Source: Candidatus Hydrogenedentota bacterium (GTDB lineage Bacteria; Hydrogenedentota; Hydrogenedentia; Hydrogenedentales; JAEUWI01). From it: a stretch of 56,054 nucleotides of DNA. The notes beneath the pieces are model-generated. The model saw only the letters and a program-made list of their open reading frames with translations. It did not search any database and was not told the DNA's origin. The DNA lies in assembly GCA_034669905.1 (NCBI GenBank), contig JAXMOL010000049.1, positions 1 through 56,054 on the forward strand, in the 5' to 3' direction. Within the stretch, counting starts at the first letter, position 1; each line of letters starts with the position of its first letter. Shown here in pieces: positions 1-11,614 of the stretch. The position numbers and the translations under genes are program-made.

Positions 1-2028
<2,028 letters not shown>

Positions 2029-2199
2029 AGCGTGCGACCCCTTTCCTTACCCAAATGGTACGCCATTTCAGCAGAAAGGTAAACCAATCGCAGCTCGGGC
2101 CACCGGGTGCCCTAAAACCGGACAACGCACCCAGCGGGTGAGCCGGGTGCGTTGTCGCGGGGTTTGCTTCAGGGAGAGAGCGACTGAAGCATGGAGCGC

Positions 2200-2853
2200 T
2201 TAGAGCATGATACGTTTACGGCTGAGGACCAGGCCGCCGAGGCCCAGGGCGAGGAGGGTCATAGTAGCGGGTTCCGGGACCGGGGCGGTGGCCAGGGGAG
2301 GGCCGTAGGTCAGCGAAGGGTCGGAGATGTTGCCGAGGACTTCGAGTTGATAGTAGGCATCAAAGTTGAACGGGTCGGCTTTGGCCCAGGTGCCCAGGTT
2401 AAAACCGTCGATGCGTTCATTGTTCATACCGGCCAGGGCCTCATCGGGTGAGAGGAAGAATTGTCCAATGGCCAGGGTATAGGTGCCCGAAGTGACAAAG
2501 GTGTGGGAAAGAAACGAATCGAGCCACGCACCAGAATCATCGTTCGACGCAATTTCCGTCCCGGAATCGTCGAAGAGATAGATCATGGAGTCCAGTTGAC
2601 TCAGTACGCCGTCACTGTTGAGATCAAGAAACAATTCAAAAGCGAGGATGTCGAAACTTACCGTTTCCCCCGCCTCGACGTAGAATTGGAAACTGTCTAC
2701 CGTGCTGTAGTCACCGATACTCCAGTCGCCACTTCCGTCGGCGTCGATGTTGTGGAGGGCGCCGTCTACGGTTAAGGCCGACGCGGTGCCGGCGATACCG
2801 AGGGCAAGAAGCAAGATGAGGTGGTGGCGTAGATACTTGGTTGCGCTGTTCAC
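2200..2853 (-). CDS. PEP-CTERM sorting-signal protein with a PPC/DVUA0089-like domain
   Basis: Signal peptide (LILLLALGIAGTASA); DSMIYLFDDSGTEIASNDDSG motif; C-terminus VPEPATMTLLALGLGGLVLSRKR. Start placed at GTG 2853. Confidence 0.9.
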   Translation of the reverse strand: MNSATKYLRHHLILLLALGIAGTASALTVDGALHNIDADGSGDWSIGDYSTVDSFQFYVEAGETVSFDILAFELFLDLNSDGVLSQLDSMIYLFDDSGTEIASNDDSGAWLDSFLSHTFVTSGTYTLAIGQFFLSPDEALAGMNNERIDGFNLGTWAKADPFNFDAYYQLEVLGNISDPSLTYGPPLATAPVPEPATMTLLALGLGGLVLSRKRIML

Positions 2854-2941
2854 GAGAGGGTACTCCTGTGGGTGGTTTCGTGCGTGTGTTGGAGATGGTG
2901 GGAAAACCATCGTCCTCGGCTGCCGCCGACGGGAGGTATAG

Positions 2942-2958
2942 AGCAAGAGGGATGCCAA
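2942..2958 (-). promoter_or_regulatory. Sigma-54 (-24/-12) promoter of the PEP-CTERM gene
   Basis: Minus strand reads TTGGCATCCCTCTTGCT: GG-N10-GC with TGGCA...TTGC consensus, about 90 nt upstream of the start. Confidence 0.75.
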
Positions 2959-3691
2959 GTTGGCTCCATGGGGGGTAATGGGCCGGATCACCGGTCAGGA
3001 AGCGGCGCTTTGGCGTGCCGAATTCAGCGTCTATCTCTGTGTGAAGGGGCGAGAAATCACAGTATGCGCAGGGCTTACAGCCACAAAGGAAATGCATAGT
3101 GCATATTCTGATTAAAATAAACCGGGTGGGGTTGAAATCATTCGATAGAGAATGAATGGGCCCGGATAAACTGTACTGGTCCATAAAAGGTGTACAAATA
3201 TGAGGCAGGTGTTACCAATTGGTATGGTTTTGGTAAGACTCTAACCAAACGGATACTTCGCCGGAATCAAGGATGAATGCCTGGTGTACCCGATAGCGGC
3301 CGTCCTCGTCCCCCAATAAAATGGTTCATGGGGAATCGATGGGTGCTCACAAGAATTCCCGCCGCACAAGCGAATTAAGCCCAACAATCGTGCCGCGCCA
3401 TCCGGTATTTTCGGTTCGTGCGCGGGTCGGGAGCTGCCATTGGGTCACCCGATAGCGGTCTCGGGCCAAGGGCAATACGCTATTCTGTCCATGACATTTT
3501 GATGACTTCCCACAACCACACAGCCCCTTCGCACGAACTGGAGTACCCCATCGCGCGGCACGTTCACGACGTGCGGTTCTATCTGCAAAGAATGCGTGGC
3601 GACATGTGTCACAAAAGACCATTGCAACACGTTCTTAGATCCGGCACGTGTATATTCGAAAAAACCCTCCCCACTTATTTTCCTTGAGCCC

Positions 3692-3733
3692 AAAAAATCC
3701 CCACCTGCCGAAGGGAAGCGTGGCAGGTGGGGA
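3692..3733 (-). terminator. Rho-independent terminator after ankyrin lipoprotein 1
   Basis: 12-bp stem TCCCCACCTGCC/GGCAGGTGGGGA followed by T6 on the minus strand. Confidence 0.85.
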
Positions 3734-3768
3734 GGTGTTCTTCACTTATTTTGAAGATAGCCGGGCGA

Positions 3769-4164
3769 TTACAAGCTGCCGCCCTGCTCTTTGAGGTAAC
3801 GTATGATGGCGGGGTCCGCCGTGCGATCTTCCGCCGCACCCGCCGGCGTGAGGTTGTCCCAGTTCAGGGCATTAACATCTGCTCCGGCTTCCAGAAGCGT
3901 TTGGGCGGTACTCATTTGTCCGGCCATCGCCGCGTGATGCAGCAAGGTGTTGCCGGTCGTATCGCGCATGGTGGCCAACTCCGGGTACTTGGCCAGGTAT
4001 TTGCCCAGCGTCGCCGTGTCGCCGTCTCGTACGGAAAAAATAAGTTTCTGCTCATCGGATGCGTTACTTGGGTCAAAGCGCTGTCCGGTGTCTACCGCTG
4101 GCCCGCCGCATCCACTTAGTATGGTAAGCATCAGGACGGCAGCACCCATACACAAATATCTCAT
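3769..4164 (-). CDS. Ankyrin-repeat lipoprotein 1
   Basis: Lipobox LSGC after a hydrophobic stretch; ankyrin motifs GNTLLHHAA and LLEAGADVNA. Confidence 0.88.
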   Translation of the reverse strand: MRYLCMGAAVLMLTILSGCGGPAVDTGQRFDPSNASDEQKLIFSVRDGDTATLGKYLAKYPELATMRDTTGNTLLHHAAMAGQMSTAQTLLEAGADVNALNWDNLTPAGAAEDRTADPAIIRYLKEQGGSL

Positions 4165-4378
4165 GGCTAATCGTCTCCGTTGTGTCGTGCTCGCTTCGGT
4201 TATGAATCTCGATGGGCTGAGTAAAGCGGATCGTGTGGGCGCTTCGGGACGGGTGAGTGGTTGAAGCGTTCCGTAGTGCGCCCGGGTCGATATGGGATGG
4301 TAGGAAGGAAACCCGTGCCGCGTGCAACGTTTTGTGCGCCGTGAGGCGTGCCATCCCGTGCCGCTATTCAGACCGGTG

Positions 4379-4419
4379 AAAAAAAGTGCCGCCTGCTGAA
4401 GAATAAAAGCAGGCGGCAC
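4379..4419 (-). terminator. Rho-independent terminator after DUF1559 gene 1
   Basis: 12-bp stem GTGCCGCCTGCT/AGCAGGCGGCAC followed by T7 on the minus strand. Confidence 0.85.
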
Positions 4420-4436
4420 GTGCATTCATTTTTCGA

Positions 4437-5468
4437 TTACCAGTTGGTTCCCATGGCACCCATGAGACCCGTCACGGGAATCTGTTCGTTCGGGTACTTC
4501 AGGAAGCCCACGTGTCCGTCCATGTAGAGGACGTTCGCGCCACCGGGGAGGTGGTGGAACTTAATCTGGCCGTTGGTCTGAACCGCCTGCTGCTGATCCC
4601 ACATAACGGGAAGCGTGCTCTGCGCGACGGAAGAGCCAGCCGGATTGTTGATGTCGGTGATGAAGAAGCGCTCAATACCTTCCTTGAGGCGCATCACCTG
4701 ATCGCCACCACCGGAACCGACATAGTCCCACAGCGACGCGTCCCAAACATCAACGCCATTGTACTGGGGGTTGGCCATGTACGCGGTGGAGCGGCTCTGA
4801 GCCCAGGCACGGGCACGGGCTTCGCCAATATCGAAGATATCGACGGAGTCGTTGGCCTTGTCAAAGAAGACATCCGCGGTGGGCTTGGTGGCATCCTGGT
4901 CAAAATAGCAGTCCACGGCGTGGATCATGGTGACCCATTCGGACTCGGTCGCGGCCGCATAGCCGGTGTATACATAGCTCTTGTCGTCAACGGTTTCAGG
5001 ACAGAATTCGCCGCCGGCATCCGGAGCAACGCCACGCGTGCGGGCGGTGCGGTTGCAAAACCAGCCATAGTCATCCGGTCCCATGAATTGGGAGACGGAA
5101 ACGTGGGGGTTTGACGGGCAGAAGTTAACGGCCATGTCCGAGAGATACTCCGGATAGATCAACGGCGTGTAGGGGGTGGCCCACAGATCGCCGACGGTAA
5201 CCGTGTTGGGGGCATCGCCAAAGGCCATGTTCCGGGCATTGATGGAGGTGTGGGGGAAGAATTCTCCGCTGGACTCGTTGGAGTACATCTTGAACACCAG
5301 ACCCCATTGCTTGAGGTTATTGGCGCAGCTTGCACGGCGGGCCGCTTCGCGGGCGCGTGCCAGTGCGGGCAGCAGAATCGCTGCCAGGATGCCGATGATG
5401 GCGATTACCACCAGCAACTCGATAAGTGTAAAGCCTTTATTGTTCTTATTATTGCCTAACAGTTCCAT
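4437..5468 (-). CDS. DUF1559 prepilin-type N-terminal cleavage/methylation protein with H-X9-DG C-terminal motif (copy 1)
   Basis: [44 protein letters not shown] at the N-terminus; [16 protein letters not shown] near the C-terminus. Confidence 0.93.
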   Translation of the reverse strand: MELLGNNKNNKGFTLIELLVVIAIIGILAAILLPALARAREAARRASCANNLKQWGLVFKMYSNESSGEFFPHTSINARNMAFGDAPNTVTVGDLWATPYTPLIYPEYLSDMAVNFCPSNPHVSVSQFMGPDDYGWFCNRTARTRGVAPDAGGEFCPETVDDKSYVYTGYAAATESEWVTMIHAVDCYFDQDATKPTADVFFDKANDSVDIFDIGEARARAWAQSRSTAYMANPQYNGVDVWDASLWDYVGSGGGDQVMRLKEGIERFFITDINNPAGSSVAQSTLPVMWDQQQAVQTNGQIKFHHLPGGANVLYMDGHVGFLKYPNEQIPVTGLMGAMGTNW

Positions 5469-5826
5469 AACCCATGGATCCTCTTGGTGAGGGGCATAGC
5501 CCCGGAATGAATTGCGATTAATGGTTGTTGGGGCGGCTCTGGATCCGGCAGTTTGCCGTAACATCCGGCGGGTGCGCATTACCTGACTATTCAGGTACCC
5601 GAGCGGAAGTCTCCATGCATGAGCTGACCCCGTTATAGGAGTATAAATATTATAAATGACCCGTAATCAGATTCCTCCTTTCCCTTTAAGCACAGTATTA
5701 TCACTTCGAATCAGCCGGACCCACAGGGAGCCCAAATATAAAAAATTCATGAAGATTTGTTGATTCGGAGAGAAGTACTGCCTTGCACCCTGATCCGCAT
5801 TTTACACAGAGCCGAAGCTCTTCCCT

Positions 5827-5855
5827 ATCATCACATGGTGCTTCTCAATTGTCAA
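5827..5855 (-). promoter_or_regulatory. Putative sigma-70 promoter for DUF1559 copy 1
   Basis: TTGACA-N17-GATGAT with an extended TG, on the minus strand. Confidence 0.55.
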
Positions 5856-6340
5856 GAAAAATATAGTAAAGCAATAATATGTATTAAAACGTGCGTGTTG
5901 GCCCAGCCCTCCTTATGGGTTACGAGGCCCACTGCCGGTAAAATCGGGTCTTGGTTTGTCAACGCGAATTGACAATCCTGTACAATTTCTCTTCAAGCGG
6001 TGGACCCCAGATAAATGAGTGTAACGAAAACGTTACATATCCGCAACAATTTCATCATCACATGACCCATGGGGTTTGTCAAGCTAATTATGGGAATTCA
6101 ATTATAAGTGGAAAGAGGGTGTTTCTTGAAGCGGGGGCCCGAAAGATCGGGGACCTGCTTGTCGGTGGCCACGGGAGCCCGTCGTCTCCGGGGAGATGGC
6201 TCCCCAGCCCGGGACGCCCTTTGTTCGTCGTGCACGCGGCCGATGTCGTGAGCAAGGGCATTGATGGGGCGCTCACGATGGGAATTCAGCGTTTCCCCAT
6301 CGCATCCCTACGGACTACCCCGCCCCCTGCAAACACACCA

Positions 6341-8080
6341 CTAGTGTCGGGAAGGGCTACGGGGGGAATCATCTTCTTCGAGGAAGTAATTGTACGTACG
6401 TGCTTCTTCCCCCTCGATCACTTCCCAGGCATCATTGGCGTCGATTGCGGCGATAAGGCGGGTCCGCAATTGCTCGTCGGAAATCATCTGGGCGAGGCTG
6501 GCCATCACTTCCAGGTGCTCGCGGTCGTGCCCTTCCGGGGTGACGACCAGCATCAGGATTTTCACGGGCTCGCCATCGAGTGCATGGAAATCGACGCCAT
6601 TGCGACAGATTCCCAGTACGCCCTGAATGCCATTGCCCCGTTTGACCCGGCCATGGGGGATGGCGGCCCCGAGTCCGACGGCGGTGGTGAGATCCCGTTC
6701 CCGCTCTTCAATGGTCTTGTAGAGCATATCGTGATCTTCTGCGGGGACCCGGTGGGTACGCAGGTAGAAGTCGGTGAGTTTCCGGAGAACCTCCCACTTG
6801 TCCGCGCCGTCGAGACCCACGAGGATAAACTCTTCCTGGAGGAATTCGATGAGGCGGCGCCGATCTTTGTTGACCTCCTGGGCCCGTTGGAGGGCCATGC
6901 GGGTAAAGAGGGGGCCGACGATTTCATTCACGGTCACGGCGCCGAGCACGAGGGTCGTAATGAGGGCGGAGACATGCTCGGGGATGGCGGGTTCATTGTT
7001 GAGCACGAAGACGAGGCCAATGGCCACACCGGCCTGGGGCACGAGGCCGAGTCCGGCATTGGTCCAGATGCGGCGGGAAGATCGGGAGAGGATACCGCCC
7101 AGGCTGGCCCCCACATACTTCCCGATAAAGCGGGCGATGAGGTAGACGGCACACAAGGCACCCGCTTCTGCGATGGTATCCAGGTGGAGCGAAACCCCGG
7201 CCAGGGTGAAGAAGCAGATGAAGAGTAACAGTTCGATAGGCTCGAGGGCCCGGGTCTGGCGCGTGGCCTCGCGGGAGGCATTGCCCAGGTAGACGCCGAA
7301 AAAGAGGCTGGTCATGAGATAACTCAGGTCAAAATAGGCGGAGAGTCCCACACTGAGGAGGATCGCGATAAAGACGGCACTGAAGTCGTGCACATTCTGT
7401 TTGTGGACCAGGCGCTCGGTGGCCATACCGAGTCCGATCCCGAGCAGGAAGGCTCCGCAAAACTGGTAGGCTGTATGGACGAGCGCGTAAAGGAGCGAGC
7501 CCGAGCCGCTGCCATAGATGTCGGCCATGAGGGCACTGGAGAAGGCGAAGAGCATGATGCAGAGCATGTTGTCGAGAGCCACCACCGAGAGCAAGGTCTT
7601 GACAAAGGGGCCCTTGGAGCGGGTTTCGCGCACGAGGGCAATGGTGGTGGCCGGTGCCGTGGCGGCGGCGATGCAGCCCAGCACGAAGGCGGTGGGCCAA
7701 TCGGCCCCGACAAGCCGGGAGGCAAAGGTAACCAGCACGACCGCCCCCACGACTTCACACAGGGCGATGGTGATGATGCGTCGGAGGGCGTTGTGAATGC
7801 TTTGGTAGGAGAGCTGACTGCCCACGGCCACGGTGATGAGCCCCATGGCAAAGCTGGAGAGGGGTTTCAGGGTGTCCGCCACGTCGGCCCCGCCGAAAAT
7901 ATCCAGAAAGGCGGGGCCAATGACCACGCCCGCGAGGATATTTCCGGTGATGGAGGGTACCCGTGCCAGACGGGCAAGCCACCCGCCGGTAAGGCCGACA
8001 ATCAAAATGATACTGAGTACCAGCAACGGCTCCATGGGGCCGCCCACCGGAATGTGCTGCGCTAACCAGTCAATCGACAT
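6341..8080 (-). CDS. Cation:proton antiporter (CPA2/KefB-like) fused to a C-terminal PTS EIIA (Ntr/Fru-type) domain
   Basis: About 12 TM segments with TAPATT and VVALDN motifs; C-terminal ERERDLTTAVGLGAAIPHGR (EIIA phospho-His motif). Confidence 0.88.
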   Translation of the reverse strand: MSIDWLAQHIPVGGPMEPLLVLSIILIVGLTGGWLARLARVPSITGNILAGVVIGPAFLDIFGGADVADTLKPLSSFAMGLITVAVGSQLSYQSIHNALRRIITIALCEVVGAVVLVTFASRLVGADWPTAFVLGCIAAATAPATTIALVRETRSKGPFVKTLLSVVALDNMLCIMLFAFSSALMADIYGSGSGSLLYALVHTAYQFCGAFLLGIGLGMATERLVHKQNVHDFSAVFIAILLSVGLSAYFDLSYLMTSLFFGVYLGNASREATRQTRALEPIELLLFICFFTLAGVSLHLDTIAEAGALCAVYLIARFIGKYVGASLGGILSRSSRRIWTNAGLGLVPQAGVAIGLVFVLNNEPAIPEHVSALITTLVLGAVTVNEIVGPLFTRMALQRAQEVNKDRRRLIEFLQEEFILVGLDGADKWEVLRKLTDFYLRTHRVPAEDHDMLYKTIEERERDLTTAVGLGAAIPHGRVKRGNGIQGVLGICRNGVDFHALDGEPVKILMLVVTPEGHDREHLEVMASLAQMISDEQLRTRLIAAIDANDAWEVIEGEEARTYNYFLEEDDSPRSPSRH

Positions 8081-8238
8081 GCAATCGGTACTTCCCGTCT
8101 CTCTCCCAAGCGATAAGGGCACAGTTTAGCACGTGACCACCGGGCGACCCTAGAACACACAAAACTAACGGTGGGCTGCTATAATGGGAAATCACCTGGC
8201 GAAGGACCCTACCACCCCCGACAAAGGACCCCTACGAA

Positions 8239-9174
8239 ATGAAAATGAGAATTTGTGTAAACACGCTCCTCATTACCCTGGTTGTCACGTTGCAAAGCGC
8301 CCTGGCGGCACCGCCCAGCCCCTTTGAGGTGGTGCTCGTGCCCGACACACAAAACTACTCCGAGAAGTTCCCCGATACCTATATCGGTCAGACCACCTGG
8401 ATTCGAGACAACGCAGAAAAGCGCAATATAAAATTTGCCATCCATCTCGGGGATATTGTGCAGACGGCGGCCGTCGACGATGAGTGGAAGGTGGCCGACG
8501 CGGCGCAGAAAATCCTGGAAGGCCACGTGCCCTACAGCGTGGTTCCGGGAAACCATGATTTAGATGTAAAAGACGGCGCGCTGACGCGGGGCGTGACCAA
8601 ATATCACGAATACTTCCCGCCCAGTCGCTTTGAGAAGTATCCCTGGTATGGCGGTCACATGGGGGAAGACAACGCCAACAACTACGCGTATTTCGAGCAG
8701 GACGGCCTGAAATTCATGGTGCTGAGCTTTGCCTTTGCCCCCACCGACGCCATGTTGGAATGGGCCGCCGGCGTTATTGCCGCGCACCCCGAGCACCGGG
8801 TCATTATCGCCACCCACTATTACATGCGACCAACCGGGCGCGGTAAGGGCGGCACCTACGGCTTGGATGGCAATGATGGCGAAATGATGTGGGATAAATT
8901 CGTCCGCAAGCAGCCCAACATTTTCATGGTCGTCTGTGGTCACGTGCTGGGTGTCCACCACCAGGTCAGCACCAACGACGCGGGCAAACCGGTCCATGAA
9001 ATGCTCTGCGACTATCAGGGCGAAGCCAATGGCGGCGACGGGTGGCTGCAGACCATGCGCTTCGTGCCCGAAGAAAACAAAATCCACGTGGAAGCCTATT
9101 CGCCGACCCTGGATGCCTACCGGAAGGAAGCCCCCGATTCCTACGTACTGGACTATGCGATGGTAGAGAAATAA
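8239..9174 (+). CDS. Secreted calcineurin-like metallophosphoesterase
   Basis: Signal peptide; motifs PDTQ, HLGDIV, PGNHD, THY, CGH. Confidence 0.88.
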   Translation: MKMRICVNTLLITLVVTLQSALAAPPSPFEVVLVPDTQNYSEKFPDTYIGQTTWIRDNAEKRNIKFAIHLGDIVQTAAVDDEWKVADAAQKILEGHVPYSVVPGNHDLDVKDGALTRGVTKYHEYFPPSRFEKYPWYGGHMGEDNANNYAYFEQDGLKFMVLSFAFAPTDAMLEWAAGVIAAHPEHRVIIATHYYMRPTGRGKGGTYGLDGNDGEMMWDKFVRKQPNIFMVVCGHVLGVHHQVSTNDAGKPVHEMLCDYQGEANGGDGWLQTMRFVPEENKIHVEAYSPTLDAYRKEAPDSYVLDYAMVEK

Positions 9175-9229
9175 GGGTATCGGACCGAGATACAACGAAT
9201 GCTTCCCCTATGGGGGCGCCCGAGATGAA

Positions 9230-9261
9230 GAAACACCCCCGCTGATTGGCGGGGGTGTTTC
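9230..9261. terminator. Hairpin terminator between convergent genes
   Basis: 13-bp stem GAAACACCCCCGC/GCGGGGGTGTTTC with a 6-nt loop. Confidence 0.7.
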
Positions 9262-9305
9262 CGTATCCGGGGGATAGGAGCGGGGTCCTGTTCAGACGCC
9301 AGGTT

Positions 9306-9728
9306 TCAGTAGGCGCTGCTTTCTTTTATCGTGGCGTTGCGGAGCAGGTCGATCACCTCCTGGGGTGCCAGCGACTGGACGGCCACATCCAGGGGCGTGT
9401 AGCCCTCCTCATCTTCGGCGAGGAGATAGGAACCCTGCTGAACAAGATAAGCGACCAGGTCCTCATCCCCCCGCTGGGCCGCGTAATGCAACAAGGTGCG
9501 CCCCGCCCCGTCATAGGCATCCACGTAACGTACGTCGGATTCCACGCAGGTCTTAATGTGTTCCAGGTTTCCCTTTCGCGCCGCTTCAACGGCTACGTCA
9601 AAGGGATTGTCCAGAGACTGTGCGGCCACCGGGACTTCCGCACGACCGAATTGAGAGCATCCCGAGAGGGACACCACGGCACAAAGTGTGATGAGCAACA
9701 GCCCTCCACGTGCTGTCGAGCAAGTCAT
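9306..9728 (-). CDS. Ankyrin-repeat lipoprotein 2
   Basis: Lipobox LSGC; ankyrin motifs GRTLLHYAA and GYTPLDVA. Confidence 0.86.
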   Translation of the reverse strand: MTCSTARGGLLLITLCAVVSLSGCSQFGRAEVPVAAQSLDNPFDVAVEAARKGNLEHIKTCVESDVRYVDAYDGAGRTLLHYAAQRGDEDLVAYLVQQGSYLLAEDEEGYTPLDVAVQSLAPQEVIDLLRNATIKESSAY

Positions 9729-9875
9729 GGATTCTACACTCCTTTCTTCCCTCGTCCCCGCCGGACGGACACGGTGAGCGATAGACAGGGCGCGGGCTGC
9801 CGTAATGCCCCGGAGGAGCCGGCAACCCGCGTCGCTTTTCCGTGTCTTCACGCGGGTGCGATGGGCTGACCGCGA

Positions 9876-10979
9876 TCAACCCGGCCAGCTTTGACCGGGA
9901 AAGAGCGAAGAGGGCTGATAGGCATAGTCATTATTCACCCAGGTCGTTGCGGCACCCACCTTGGCCCACTCCACGTGCCCATCCATGAAGAGTACATTCT
10001 GGCCACCCGGAAGGTGGTTGAAGCGCCCATAGGCGGCACCGCCACCCCCCTGGGATTCGTCATACATGGTGACGATATCGGATTGGGCGTTGGCCGAGGC
10101 GGCGGGGTTGTTGATGTCGGTAATAAGGAAACGCTCCACGCCCTCACGAAGGCGATTGAACGTCGCGTCAATACCCGACGGCAGGGTAACCGACGTGGTG
10201 TTGTTACGCAGCTTCCACATCATGGGCGTCTGGTCCACCGCCGGCGCACCGGGCCACACACCGGCAAGATTGCCCGTGTTCAGCAGCCGTCCAACGGCCT
10301 GGTAGTCATCCACGTTCTGAAACCAGTCCTCGCTGAGGGCGAAGACCATATACTTATAGGCGCGCATGTCGGTGAAGCCGGTCGTTTCGAGATCCGTATG
10401 GGGATAGGGCGCGCAAAACTGGGGATTCACGTCGCACGCGTTGTAACAGCGGGCGTAGTTGGAGCCGCAAACCGGGATAATATCCGCCTCACCGCCCGTC
10501 AGCCCTTGCTTGCCAAAACACGGATTGTCCGTTTCGTTGTTGGCATTGGCCCAGGCCACGACGGAATCATCGCAACCGCCCATGGTGTTTCGGGCCGAGC
10601 CCCAGTCGGTGTTGGCATAGATGCCGGTCCGTAAGGCCGAGGGGCACTGCCCGACCAGCATGTCGGTCAGGTATTCGGGGTAGACTTCCCACCAACCCAC
10701 GTATACGGCCGCTCGTTTGGTCTCGTTGTTGAAGTTATTGCCGCCATGGTCGAGGCTGCCATAGGGAAACTTTTCGCCCCGGCTCTCGTTGGCGTACATC
10801 TTCAATATGATGCCCCACTGTTTGAGATTGTTCTGGCAACTGGAACGGCGCGCTGACTCACGCGCACGGGCCAGGGCCGGCAATAGTATGGCTGCGAGGA
10901 TACCAATAATGGCGATGACCACGAGCAACTCAATTAAGGTAAAACCCTTTTGACACCGCCTGCGATATACATGATTCAT
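9876..10979 (-). CDS. DUF1559 prepilin-type protein with H-X9-DG motif (copy 2)
   Basis: [62 protein letters not shown]. Confidence 0.93.
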   Translation of the reverse strand: MNHVYRRRCQKGFTLIELLVVIAIIGILAAILLPALARARESARRSSCQNNLKQWGIILKMYANESRGEKFPYGSLDHGGNNFNNETKRAAVYVGWWEVYPEYLTDMLVGQCPSALRTGIYANTDWGSARNTMGGCDDSVVAWANANNETDNPCFGKQGLTGGEADIIPVCGSNYARCYNACDVNPQFCAPYPHTDLETTGFTDMRAYKYMVFALSEDWFQNVDDYQAVGRLLNTGNLAGVWPGAPAVDQTPMMWKLRNNTTSVTLPSGIDATFNRLREGVERFLITDINNPAASANAQSDIVTMYDESQGGGGAAYGRFNHLPGGQNVLFMDGHVEWAKVGAATTWVNNDYAYQPSSLFPGQSWPG

Positions 10980-11285
10980 GAGCCTTGATCCTTGTTTGTA
11001 AAAAGTGCACATACCGAATAGCAATACGGTCCAATTCGAGGGGGTGGGCTCTTGGTGTGGGGTATGTATGACACGTAATGAGAATTTTCAGATTTTTCCC
11101 CCGGCACCTGTTCGCCCGCCAATCCACGGCCCGATTGGACCAACCGTCACTCACGACACGGCTGCCCTCCTTTCCGGGTGCAGGCGACGCCGCCCGTCCG
11201 GAAACCAAAGGCGGGACCGGAAGACTACGCTGCATCCCTTCTGCCACAATGCAATAGTACAATCACACGCGCATCACACCATAGG

Positions 11286-11314
11286 ATGGTCGCACAGAAT
11301 GCTATTCCTGTCAA
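11286..11314 (-). promoter_or_regulatory. Putative sigma-70 promoter for DUF1559 copy 2
   Basis: TTGACA-N17-GACCAT with an extended TG, on the minus strand. Confidence 0.55.
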
Positions 11315-11614
11315 TACTTTTTGTTGGGGACTAGTAGCCGTAGGGTCAATGTAAAACGGATGATACACGGGCTATATTTTCAGGTCCAAATAGGAACGAT
11401 TTTTTGGGGGCAAAGGGTGGGTGTTTGGAATAGTATGCATGCCCGGAGGGCGGACCCGGATTGTCCCAAAAAGGGAACGTTAACGGAAGGAAACATCAAC
11501 CCATCACGCAGGGACTATCTCGCGCCGGACTTAAGCGCGGTAGGCTGAATGGCGGTGGCCGGCTCGTGTCGACGGGGTGCTGCGCCCTTCCAGGGCGGCC
11601 ACCCGCTTGCTGGC

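Noticed and set aside
2051..2090. Sigma-54-like sequences upstream of the first gene
   Set aside because: The candidates give GG-N10-GG or GG-N11-GC, not the required GG-N10-GC.
3347..3693. Short ORFs in the spacer between the PEP-CTERM and ankyrin genes
   Set aside because: They overlap on both strands with no RBS, motif or coding-like composition. The 12-bp repeat ACCCGATAGCGG (about 3288 and 3447) is too short to interpret.
5521..5560. GGCAAAC in the DUF1559 leader as a c-di-GMP-I riboswitch
   Set aside because: The GAAA tetraloop stem and GACGCAAAGC elements of that family are absent.
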